A stretch of 63,032 nt of DNA, counting the filler, from Choristocarpus tenellus KU-1152 (taxonomy: Eukaryota; Protista; Phaeophyceae), in assembly GCA_964200185.2 (NCBI GenBank). It is 10 parts of 10 records of this genome, joined end to end, with 100 filler letters (N's around TTAATTAATTAA, not from the genome) between each part and the next. Parts side by side here need not be neighbours in the genome. Positions count along the whole stretch, not along the records: positions 47,512 to 58,982 come from CAXNAD020002295.1; positions 59,083 to 63,032 come from CAXNAD020016982.1; 8 more parts are not named here. One strand, written 5' to 3'. The notes beneath the pieces were generated by a model that worked only from the letters and a program-made list of their open reading frames with translations, searched no databases and had not been told where the DNA came from. The position numbers and the translations under genes were made by a program. Shown one piece after another: positions 47,663-59,472 of the stretch (the first letter of the stretch is position 1; each line of letters opens with the position of its first letter).

Positions 47663-50447
47663 GGCACTTAAGATTCTTGGCAGCTCCCTACGATAGCCTG
47701 GATTTTCTTCTACTTGGTTTTGTGGCCTCCCTGGATGGTTTTGGAGCGCTTTCACCGTCTATGGGATTTTCTTCTGCTTGGTCTCATCATCTCTGGTTCT
47801 GGACCACTTTCATCGTCTATGGGGTTTCCTCTTGCTTGGCCTTGCCATCTCCATGGGTGGTCTTGGAACATTGGCTCCACCTCTTAATTTGGAGGAAGGG
47901 CCTAGCGTGATGGCATCTGTGGCTCCAAGGGAAACATCATACACCTATATTCGTAAACGAGTGGTTTCTGATCACCATGGTCTAGACATTGCCTAGGTAG
48001 CTATTTTCTTCCATTTGTACACTCACATTCCTGATCTGTTTCTTTTATTCCTTAGGTTTATGGACATTTCTGGCTCACACTATTCACAGGAAGTTGAGGT
48101 CGTCTCCAACCCACAGCTTTTCCAAGGTATCGATGATTCGGAGATATTCCAGCCCCGTGCCACACCTTTGGGCAATTCTGGCCACAGCTGTGGCCACTCT
48201 GCTGAACACCGTGGCAGCCACAGGGAATACGTTCGTTTTTAGCCTTCCACCCGTGACAGATCTCACCCCAGGTCAAGATCCCGGGATAGGCACTCCCATC
48301 GAGACAGGCAGAGGTCACACCCATTCACCTAGATTTCACTGTTGGACAAGGGATTATTCTCCAAGCAGGTCTGTATCACCCAGATTATATTGGAGTAATA
48401 GCCTGAGTACGGTAAAGTTGGTCCAGAGAGGTCGAAGCACGGTTGCAAAGAGAGGATTTCATGAGTTGCTTGCACGAGCTGAGTTGAATGAGTCAGAATC
48501 CAGTAGGCAGCAGCATGATAGAGCCTATGACAACCTTGACATGCATTATCACAAAGATTGTGCTAAAACCATGGAACACATTCATAAGAAACTCGGAGAC
48601 CCTACCAATGGCCCCGTTTTTCTTGGAGTACCTGCAGACACCTCTGCCAAAACCATGTCAAACAACCCCTTTTTCTTTGCTGGTGCTCTTACCAAGGCTT
48701 TAGGGAGCATTCAAGGAGGACTGTGAGGCCTTACCTAAAGACCACGCCCACTATCATCATAATACATCACGTCCATGTAGTGGTGCCCTAACCCCTTTCC
48801 GCATCGAGCTTCTTGAGCAACTACTGTCTGACTCTCTCAGGACCCGCAGCGATCTCCTGAGTGACTCCTCTACAGTAGAAGTTCCGAGCATCACCAGACA
48901 ACTCCACCAGGTTCCTCGGGAAGACATGACGGCTACTGCGTGGGTTCGTGTCCTGGTTAGAGAATGTACTCTTTCTTACAACCAATCGGAAAACGCCGTA
49001 ATTAATACAATGAGTTTTTTAAGGACAGAGAGAGGGGAACCGTGCAAAGCTGCAGCCAACCATCTTGTCTTGCACTATGGAGCGTACACCATAGATTCGC
49101 GGATGCCTCATGTCTACGAGTCAACTTTCTTTTGGAGGTATATAGCTGAAGACCAACTCTCATTGATCTATGCGAACGAGCTCTCCCATTGTTCTTCCCA
49201 ATGTTATAGATCAGATTGGAGTACAGTCGATGTCATTTTCATTCCACAAGGAGATTCGAAGTCAAATTCGCCCACGGGCAATTTCTCAGAATAATCCTTT
49301 GGGAGATGAAATGGTACAGCAGGGAGTTTAAACAGAACGGATCTTTGACGATCTAATCAAAGAATTGTCCAATTGTAGCGACCAGTACGCATTTGTCCCA
49401 ACCAATCAAAATGCTGCAAAATCTGCGTCGTACAAAGATAAGACACCTACTGCTTTACGTCGCATGGCTGATGCTCATGCTATGTTTGCAAGCAAATGCC
49501 CGGTCCTTTATCTACCCCATTTGAAACTCCGATCAGCAGACAGGAACTAGGACTGCTCCACCATAGCAGGACATCCTTGCCACACGAGGTGCCAAGTCAG
49601 GACCCACCACCACACCAAGAGGTGATCAATAGTGTGCTGGCGGCCCTCGCACCGATGCTCCAACCTGTTTTGTCCCAACACAACCTACCCACTGTCTGTG
49701 CTTCATTGACAAACTAGCCAGCTTCTGGTTCTGGGAAACATGGGACCTCGTTCGTCCCTAAGAGCAATGCATCCACACCCGTTCGACCAGTAACACCTGC
49801 CACCCAGTCTGCACCCCAGTCCACATCTTCCTTAGTCACTGACAGAGCGAGCGATACAAGTCGATACCATTCGGGTAAGGATTTTACCTTCACCATCGTC
49901 TTCCCAAGATGAGGTTGTCGAATGGCTCAAGGCACATCGAGTTTGCTTCCACCACGCTTTCGGCCGCGACTGCTTCAAGTCTATCAACCGCAGGTGCAGG
50001 TATACCCACGATGACTCCAGTACCAAAGGGCTACTTCGCATATCTGTCCCAAGGCAAGCAGAGTACTACCCCAGCGAACGAGCGCGCATGATGGTAGCCT
50101 TGACACATTCCCGTCTACATTACCTCACCGCGATGCAGGAGTTTGAGTTTCCGCCACTAGTTGCAAGCAGTCTAACCGATGCTGAGGCGTCCGAGTTGCC
50201 CTGAAGGTGCGCCCTGGAGTCTTCAGCTCTAGGGTACTTAGCCACTGTAGCCATAGGAAGCATGACCCCCACACCTACCTCGACAATACTCGCTATGTCA
50301 CCTGCCCAACGAACTAGTCAAGTATGGATATCTGTGCTGTTGTGGCACCCTCGCAAAGTCCGCTCGCGAATGCCTGTACAGATACTCCTTGACACAGGTG
50401 TAGGACGTGGGAACTACATATCGTCTGCCTTTTGGCGCAGTACTACT

Positions 50448-50706
50448 GAGTGAAAGTATCTTAGAGGGTACGAGTTTTGCCCTGTTTGTCTGTTTGGGGC
50501 TTGGCTTGCTACAGATATTTTATGACATTTCACCTAATCCGAAACATTTCAGAGTAGGTAAAATGCATCCGTTATGAAAGGGTTTGCCCGGAAAAAGGAT
50601 ATTGACACTTCCTAACAAACACGATAGTCAAAATTACATCAAAATCGTAACATTGGATTTTGATCCCCAAATGAACGCGGCTCTACCCTTCAAGATAATT
50701 TGACTC
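50448..50706 (+). mobile_element. MITE family A inside Gypsy pol
   Basis: Complete TIRs; flanks ACT/ACA, no clean TSD. Confidence 0.95.
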
Positions 50707-51769
50707 ACAGACTATAGAATGCTCAATGATCTCTCATGTAGTGATAGTGGAGGTCTCGGGAACATTGCCAGCATTTTTGATAAGCTTATGGGTTCTAGCT
50801 ATTTTACTGCCATAGATTTAGCGTCGGGATTCTTTCAACTAGAGATCGCACAGGTAGACAAACGTAAGACAGCCTTCCGTGATGCTCATGGACAACTTTA
50901 GGACTATAACAGGTGCGGCTTTGGCTTGAAAATCTTACCTAAAGTCTTCTCTAGTTACACGAGAGAAGCCTTGAGAGATCTCAAAGGAAACGGTGTAGAA
51001 AACTGGCTAGACGATTTTTTTTGCTATAGTTCATCGTTTGATGACCACATGACCAAACTTCGCCTCCTCCTGACCAGACTCAAGCAATACGGTTTGTCCG
51101 TGAATTTTCCCAAATCCCTGTGGTGCATGCCCTGAGAGGAATTTGTAGGGATGAAGGTAGGCAGAGATGGCTTGAGCCCTGCTCCATCCAAAATGGTAGC
51201 AGTAGCAAAACTTGATCCCCCATCCACAGTTGAGCAGCTAAGAAGTTTTGTAGGCATGACAGGATATATGCGACAGTTTGTTCCGAACTATGACCAAGTA
51301 GCTGCACCACTTACTGGCATTCTCCGGAATAAAGGGTATGCTTCCAATAGGGACAGGAAGAAGAGTATCCCTTGGGGATCAGAGTAGCAGGAGGCATTTG
51401 AAGAACTTAAGGTGCGTCTGGTTTCTCGACCAATCCTAGTCTTTCCTGACTGGGATAAGCCGTTCCTCCTCCATACAGATACGAGTGAGGAAGGGGCTGC
51501 AGCAATGCTGACCCAGGTACAGGATGATGACCAAGAACATGCCATAGCATATGCTAGCCATAGACTCTCTAAAACAGACAGTAGAAGAGCACCCACTGAA
51601 AAAGAATGCATGGCTATCTTGTGAACTGTAGGACACTTCCATTCCTACATTTAGGGTAGAAAATTCACTCTAGTCACTGACTGCTCAGCACTGAGTTGGT
51701 CCTATAAGGGTCGTGAACTTAGGCCCAAGCTCCACAGGTGGGCCCTTCGCCTTATGGACCATGACATGG

Positions 51770-52025
51770 AAGTCAAAGTATCTTAGAGGGTATAGCCGCG
51801 TCCATTTGGGGGCGAAAATCCAATGTTACGTTATTGATTAATTTTAGCTGTCGTGTTTGTTAGGAAGTGTCAGTATCCATGTTCCGGACACACCTATTCG
51901 TAATGTATACATTTTACCATCTCTGAAATGTTTCGGAGTAGTTAAAATGTCATTAAAAACCCGTGGGAAGCCAAGCCCCAAATAGACAAACAGGAAAACT
52001 CATGCCCTCTAATATACTTTCACTC
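51770..52025 (-). mobile_element. MITE family A inside Gypsy pol
   Basis: Complete TIRs; no TSD. Confidence 0.95.
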
Positions 52026-52689
52026 TTTCCTGACGACCCATCAGCAGCTTGTAGCAAGAGCTACGCTGGACCAAGAGGACCCGTCTTAGATGGTGTATGT
52101 TTGCAGGATTTAGGTACATCAGACCTAAACCCAGGTCACCCCACAATGTCCCCTTGCTCTTTCTGTGCTTTAGTAGATTCAGAACTAGAGTGTACTTCTA
52201 CCTCACATGATGAACCGAGGCTAGGGGTAGCACACGTGTTACTTCAAGGAACAGTTGATACCTCATTCTCAGGAATACTGTCAGCACTGCAAAATTGCCA
52301 CACGGAACCTGATAGTCGCAACTTAGGCGTTGGAGGTTGACTACCACTCAGTAGACCCCACGATCAAAGCTACCAGTGCCTATACCCCATCCCTCTGGTT
52401 GGATGACTCCAGATAAGATGCCTAGTGTGGACCCGACACACGCCTCACAACAACCTTTTCCCCCGCTTAACGCCACCAATACTTTTGACTGGCAACCTTT
52501 AGACTCTACCCTCGAAGACAGAGGGTAGAAATAAAAGGAATGGTAGGAGAAGAGAAGCCACCTTGCAAAAAAAGGCACAAAAGTACATCAAGGCCAAAGA
52601 ACAAGAAGGGTAGTGACAGAACAGTCCGAATGAGTGAGATGGTTCAACACCACCCCACTCTCAAGAGAGCAATGGCTACTCTCTCAGAC

Positions 52690-53525
52690 GTGCCAGGGCT
52701 AGGACGTGGGCTCGAGTCTGGATTATAGAGGTCCCAGAGGGCTTGGAAGACATCTAACTGCAGTGGGGTGAAACTATCCGTTGCTTCTTTTTCCATTACC
52801 CAATCTGACAATTCTCCATTCTGATACTTCCCCTTGTACTCCCAGTGCCATACGTTGGATGGTGACAATACTGCTTTCCTATCAGTGAGGGTGTACATAG
52901 GGGTTGCTACCACGGATTCCTCGGTTAGACCTAAGTCCGATTCCCATACCAGTTGGGTATATTCGTCCTGGAAGCTATGTCTCAGATGAATGGGTCTTAC
53001 GTGAAAGGGGTTCACATGAGAAGCATGAGCATTGCGTGTGCGTGTTTGTCTATCCAGCAATTCGACTGTCACACTGCTACTCTGATGATAAATTACCTTT
53101 ACTGTCCATGGTCCCGTCCATCTTTCATGTACTACCTTTCTGCCCACTCTTGTCTCACCTAGCTTTTTCCTATGGATAGAGCTGTCTGCTTCCTTTACTA
53201 AAACTACACCTGGTTTGGATTTTAGTTCTGGAGAAGGCCTGGCAATCAAAACGTTGGCTCGCTCTCTGTTCTTCTATCTTGTAGACATCCTCTCTCCAGT
53301 ACTTCTCGTACCTCCCTGAAGTTCTGTCTGCGTTGCTCAATGAAGAAATCCAGTCCTCCAACCTCTATGTCCCCATCCAACTTGGGTATAAGGGTGTCGA
53401 GTTGTGTGCGAGGATCATGACCAAACATGACTTGGAAGGGAGTAAGGTTGAGGGGGTCAGATGGATCTGGAGTAGTGCGTTGTGCCCAATATGTCGGAGA
53501 TACATACTCATTCCATCTCTCTGGT
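52690..53525 (-). pseudogene. Gypsy integrase C-terminus with GPY/F and chromodomain-like tail
   Basis: WNEYVS...TPFQVMFGHDPRTQLD; HERWTGPWTV (GPY/F); WHWEYKGKYQNGELSDWVMEKEA (chromo-like). Confidence 0.85.
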
Positions 53526-54019
53526 CACTTCACGCACAGTTCTGACAGGACTTCTAAATGCAATCCTCCCATCTTTTCTACTCCCCCTTGTCCTCTTGAG
53601 TTGCCAGTGGGTCACATGGACTCAATTCAACACAATAATCTCATATATACAAAATAAGGTACACCTCACTATTGTCCTATTTTGCACAAAGGGGTCCAAT
53701 CCACAGGTTAACAAACGTCAGCTCAGCAGAACAGGGGTACTACTAATGAATCAATTAACGTAAGTATGAGAATTGGTATCAGATTAAGGGTGAGAGTCCT
53801 GGGGTGTTTGAGCCCTTTGGGAACTGAGCAATTTGGAGCCGTTTTAGGATCTCTTACCATCACTTACCGTTTTGTTTCTTTGGTTACCGATGTTGGGATA
53901 CATCTGAGAACTGTTGCGACCTTCCCAAGTTACAGATTTTATTCTGCAACTTTTTAGCAAATTGGAGTTCCCCCTTTTGGGGTTCCACACGCATGTACAC
54001 TGCTGCTTGCACCGGATAA

Positions 54020-55430
54020 AGTGTGGGAAGAAATACTCGCGCTACTGTAACACCAGTGGCAACAGATGAATACGTCCAAGCCCACATGGCTGAGGTGATC
54101 AAGAGTTCAGGGTCACCCATGCTGGCCATATACCTGAGTGAGATGAAGGATAAACAAGTTACCTGGCTTCTCAACTCCTGGTCCCTCTTTTCCTGCTTAG
54201 GCTATTTGGTATGCGTCATCCCCTCCCACCTGGCATGCTCCACCATGGAACAAGCTGGCTTCACCTCACCGTGGATGCTGGAGAAGATAATGAAGGTAGC
54301 AGACTCGGCAGGAGCCACTGACTGCTTTGAAGGGGTGCGTGGAAATGGCTCTCTTTGCTTGGAGACATATCAACAAGTACAGGCATAGATGCCCAAAAGT
54401 TGGGGGGGTTTGGGCCTATCCTCTATGAAGCATTGCCAGCATGCAGCCTTTGTAGGATCACTGGTGGCGACTCTGCCAGGATCACAAGGAGGGTACAACA
54501 CGAGATCACCTGCATCCTGAACAAGATCCGGTTCGACTCTTTCCAGTCACAATTGGCCAACCTATCAGACAATGCAGAACAAGGGAAAGTTCTTCACTTG
54601 CACTGGCCTGCCAATGAAGTCAGTGTGGACAAGGGGCAAATGCATAGGCCTCCACACAACTCCTGGAACCATAACGCCAGATCCCTCCCATAGAGTTTAC
54701 ACTCACTGTCAGCAGATCCCTAGGGAGGGAGGAGGCCCTATCCAACAGGTTCCCAGTGGCTGGGTGCAGGAGGCCTAATGTGGACACTAGACATGCTTGT
54801 ACCTGCCCTAAGGTAAGGAGACAGGTCCGCAAACACACATCAATGATTAAGAGTCTAGGTCAACTCTGCAAGGGAATGGGCATCCCTTGCACAATCGAGG
54901 ATGGCAGCCCATTCACAGTGGACCGGAATTTCCGCACGGATGTGGTGTTCCATGCTGGGGGCACTTGCAGACGTCGGATCAGCTCCCTACCGGAACAAAG
55001 GCTTCCCCCTGGATGTTGCAATAGCAGAAGTATAGGCAGCCTCCCATCTAACCCTCTCATCCACCAGCAATGGTGTGGCTGCTGCTGCAGCTGAGGTGTG
55101 AACATGCACCCACCATGAGAGTTCTTTTGACCCTTGTAGATTCAACCTCAACACCTTCATGGTGGAAAGTTTTGGGCATCTCGGTAAGCAAGCAGAAAGT
55201 ATTCTTGATGTGTTGGCTACACACACGGTAGGTTGGAGAGGGGTGGGAGGGCTTAGCAGGAAAGGAGCTGTCAAATCCCGCTTATGGAAGATCCTGTCTG
55301 TCACAACACAAGTAGCTCTACCAAGATGTGTCATGTGTTGAAAGCTGGAGACACCAGGTAGATGGGCAGGTAGGGACCTGTCAGATTTTTGGGAAGCTTC
55401 CCTAGCTCCTTGCCCTGTGGTGTAGGGCTA
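54020..55430 (+). mobile_element. Decayed non-LTR retrotransposon of restriction-like-endonuclease (RLE; CRE/R2-like) type, 3' part
   Basis: Thumb-like MPKSWGGLGL; C..DTRHACTC...RKH zinc knuckle; FRTDVV and VESFGHLGKQA (RLE motifs); frameshifted. Confidence 0.75.
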
Positions 55431-55690
55431 AGCTAGGTTGGAGGCATAGGAGGGGAGTGGTGTAGCATAGCTGATAGTCAAATAATAAAACGATTTTGGA
55501 GAGATATGTTTGACATTTGCAACAACAATTACTTTTACAGGGGTTAATATGAGATTGGTTGGCCTTTTCTCTGACACATCTGCAATATATGAGAGGGAAT
55601 AATCATATAAATACATTGTTGGGTGTCTGAACTGATTTGTGATCTGTGTGTGAAAGTATCACATTCACACTAATATAAAAACGTAGCGGG

Positions 55691-55990
55691 CAGGGTGCGG
55701 ACATGGGCGACCATGGTCTGGACATTCAAGGAAAGAAGTTTGATTGACCTGAAGGTGGACATGAACTGGTACAATATCCTATGGACATGGACTGGGACAT
55801 GTCAAGTGACTGTGGGATCGGTCCGTATATGGACATGGACCAATTCACTACCTTGTGGACATGGACCATTTATTTTGAAAGAACTGTGGCCCAGTCTAGG
55901 TATGCTTCAACATCTACTGGACATGGTGTGGGTCATGCTTAATGTTTGTGGGATTGGTGTGGGTGGTGGATGGGACCCTATTAACTTACT
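55691..55990 (+). mobile_element. hAT-like non-autonomous element end with GGACATG(G) subterminal repeats
   Basis: Begins CAGGGTGCGGACATGG; at least 7 GGACAT(G) motifs in 240 bp; abuts a family A MITE. Confidence 0.5.
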
Positions 55991-56002
55991 GGTCTGAGAA
56001 AA

Positions 56003-56367
56003 GAGCCTAAGTATCTTAGAGGGTAGAGCCGCGTCCATTTGGAGTCAAAATCCAATGTTGCAATTTTGATGCAATTTTGGCTATCATGTTTGTTAGGAGA
56101 TTGATTTTATATAATTATATATATAAAACAAAAAAAAACATATCTACACTTTATCCCAGTCAATTTTGGGTCAAGTCCATCCTCAATTTTTGAAATCGGC
56201 TGTTAGATGTCAATATCCTTGTTCCGGATACACCTTTTCATAACTTACACGTTTTACCTACTCCTAAACATTTTGGAGCAGGTAAAATGTTATTAAAAAC
56301 GCGTGGGAAGCCAAGCCCCAAATAGACAAACAGGGAAAAACTCATACCCTCCAAGATACTTTCACTC
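56003..56367 (-). mobile_element. MITE family A carrying a family E insertion (about 56097-56202)
   Basis: Both TIRs present; AAAA on both flanks; about 105 extra bp match 29416-29559. Confidence 0.92.
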
Positions 56368-56815
56368 AAAAACGTTTGGGAATATTTTGAACTGTTTGTT
56401 CAACTGTGTATAACACGAATATGGCTCGATCCAACTGCCTTTTGATAAGGTTCGTTCTTCTGTTGATCTCAGACAAGTCCATATCTATCTTTGAATATGC
56501 CTTCTTCAATGTAAGAATAGTAAAAAGTCAACGATTGATACATTTGTTCTGTTTATGGAGGTATTACCGAATATATTCGTTACCGTTACACTAACTTTCT
56601 ACATAACTGTAGCATCTTGGATTGGTTCTAAACAGCATAGGGACCCAATTATTCTAGCCCACTGTAAAATATATTAAACGACAAATGACCAACAGGGAAG
56701 AGGAATTGTTTAAAAAAATGGTTTGATCTCATAAGGGACATTCCTACCACTTCCATCTCACCACATTGTATATACCACCTACTACTTGTAGACGATATTG
56801 GTGGGTGAATTGGAA

Positions 56816-58982
56816 ATGGGGATAGTTAGCCACCTGCTTAGGAGAATATGTGCTGCGACCATCGTAATTGCGTATCTTTTGGCTGCAGTGCCTTACAGCA
56901 GTGCAGAAACGGATCCGGTGTTGGGTAAAATGTTGGGTCTCGTTGTCCCGATGCATTCAGGGGATGCAAGTCGAGCTATTGCCGCCATTGCAGATTGGCC
57001 GATTTCTTGCTCACCTACCTCACGCAACCACATCGTCCTTGTCCTGTACTACTCCGGTGGAGAGGACTCAATATCCACCTTGTTCATTGACTCTCTCAAC
57101 AAGAATGTCAAGCGATGCTTCTTGGATACACGAATTGTGTACGCTCACCTCTCCCTAGATGTGAGACTTGTCGTCAAGGATTGTAGGCAAGGAAAACAGT
57201 TATCTTGATCTGGTTGTATGTTTTTTCGACTGTTATTCCCGCAATTATGCGCAATCATGGAACTCTTTAGAATCCTTTCACCCCTCGCCCTCCAACCATC
57301 CTTGACAATTTCACATGGGCATGAAGGAGTTTTTTTCAGGATATGCCAGGAAGTGTGAAGAAAGGGTAGCAATAGCTTTGTAGAGCTTCAGCGTCACTCG
57401 CATATCTAGCAATACACCTACACAGACACAAACATCGTAAGTGCCGTTGCTGCTGAAGTGGATTTATCGCATCGAGATATATTGCCCCTTGTCAGGTCAT
57501 ATTATTACAACCATGCTTTGTTTTCCTTGTTGCAATGAATTCCATTCGTCCTCTCACCACTTTTCCACTTTCCGTGAAATATCTACCCTCCTCCTTGATG
57601 GGTAACCTGACTATCATCCATGCGGTGGGAATGCCTGGCAACACGCGCAGGAGGATGTCTACCCGATGGGACCGTCTGTTCAATTTTATAAGATGTTTTT
57701 GGACGAGGATGTCAAGAGGAATTTTTCTATGTATGACGCGATCGCTTTCGTGGAATGGGATGTCAAGGTGACTGCGAAAAATGCTTTTGATATGCTCTAT
57801 GAGTCTGCGTTCTTCGCCTCTGAACCATTCTGGGTCAAAGGTAGCACCTTTGCCGGAAATAACTTTCATTCCACCGCCGTGGCCAGAGACTCTTGGCACA
57901 TTCTGGGCCATATAAATGGAAATGCCATTTACAACAACACAGATCCAGCGTTCACAGAGTTTGTGAACTACACATTGGCCCGGTGGGAGTTCTCTTATCC
58001 GTATGATGTGGCACTTTGGGCGACCATTGCAGACTTCCCTTACAGCTGGCCTGTATGGCAACGATTTTCCTCCAAGTTCATCTCGTCAAAACTGGTGAAT
58101 ACTTAGGGTTGCTGTCCAAATTCAGTTGTGTGCATGATTTTGCTCTAGCTTTCTGAACACCTTACAAACCCGCAACTTATCCTCCCACAGTATTTGACAG
58201 AAAATGATATTGTTGAAATTGATAGTTAGAAGTTAAAAGTATGTTCATTTGTGAAAATTAAAAATAATGCCAGATTTGTTAAGAAATGAAACTAGACGCC
58301 ATGAAGAGATAATGGGGTTGTGAAGTAAGCAGTCTCAGACTGCATAAATTGTTCGAAACAAAGCTTAAGGCTCAACAACATAACAAAGTCATTAAGAGGA
58401 TAGATAATTTTTCCCAACTCCTGTCACAATTCTGACACCCAAAAATTCTATCTTTCAAGCTTAGACCTTCCTTGATATCTAAGCTCTCACTGCACACGTG
58501 GAATGAAGAAAAAAATATATGTATTGCCCTAATGACTTTGCTATGTTCTTGAGCTAATGTCCATCCCTTTTTCTTGTTGTCATCTTTTTATCCTTCAGTG
58601 GTATAGTCTGATACCTCAATTGATGCTGATACATACTGTAATTTTTTTGTACAAATCATTTTCTAATTTGTATTGAAAAAACTACCCTCCACACCCCACT
58701 CCCCAATATAAGGTGGCAAACATCGGCCTATTAGATGTAGATGAGGATATGATCAAGGAAGCAGTAAAAAGTGGGGTAGTGTTCATCCATGGCAGCAGGA
58801 GTGGTGGGGGGGGCACTAAATACTTGGGCAAGGTGGTGGAAACTACAGTGATCAGTGATGATAGCAAACCTAAGATTGAATTGTGTCGGCCCGGATGTGG
58901 AGTGACCACCAGTAGTGGTAGTGAAACCCACCTCCCTGACGGCATAGGTACTGTGTGTGATCCAACTTGCACCTATGATTCC
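56816..58982 (+). CDS. Secreted or membrane-anchored glycosyltransferase-like protein; exons 56816-57160, 57651-58094, 58713->58982
   Basis: N-terminal hydrophobic signal; LGLVVPMH; YPMGPSVQFY; AFVEWDV (DxD-like position); FWVKGS, HINGNAIY, YDVAL and VFIHG motifs; phase-0 GT-AG introns. Confidence 0.8.
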
Positions 58983-59082
58983 NNNNNNNNNNNNNNNNNN
59001 NNNNNNNNNNNNNNNNNNNNNNNNNNTTAATTAATTAANNNNNNNNNNNNNNNNNNNNNNNNNNNNNNNNNNNNNNNNNNNN

Positions 59083-59145
59083 CTGATATTGTTCCAAATG
59101 GACACTCTGCTGTGGTCCCCCCCCCCCTCCCAGATGCTTTGGGTC
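59083..59145. mobile_element. MITE family B long-spacer end at contig start
   Basis: CCAAATGGACAC...poly-C...CAGATGCTTTGGGTC. Confidence 0.8.
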
Positions 59146-59250
59146 TTTCTAAGCGTCCTATCCTTTTTTATTACAGTACAAATTAGATAGTACTTTCGAC
59201 GTCAATATGACTTCCTCCACCGGTAGTGGTAGTATTCTACTACTTCTACT

Positions 59251-59432
59251 GACTCAAAGCATCTGGGGTGGGTGGGGGTTGGTCTACACCAGGATGTCCA
59301 TTTGGGTGATAACCAGGAAAAGTGTACTTATATTATCCATCAGACAGGTGTGCAACCAAATCACACCAAAATCACCACATGAAAAAATTGGTCCCAAATG
59401 GACAGCCACCCCCCCCCCCCAGATACTTTGAG

Positions 59433-59434
<2 letters not shown>
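59251..59434 (-). mobile_element. MITE family B, complete
   Basis: GACTCAAAGCATCTGGGG...CCCCAGATACTTTGAGCC; ACT on both flanks, followed by (ACT)n. Confidence 0.93.

Positions 59435-59471
<37 letters not shown>
59435..59471 (+). repeat. (ACT)12 microsatellite
   Basis: Directly visible. Confidence 0.9.

Positions 59472-59472
<1 letters not shown>

Larger units (their letters stand above)
48060..52700 (+). mobile_element. Decayed Ty3/Gypsy retrotransposon: gag-like region, protease, RT, RNase H
   Basis: ILLDTG (aspartic protease) at about 50385; DYRMLN...IDLASGFFQ...KTAF...WLDD (RT) at 50710-51030; LHTDTSEEG...IAYASHRL...EKECMAI (RNase H) at 51412-51769; many stops. Confidence 0.9.
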
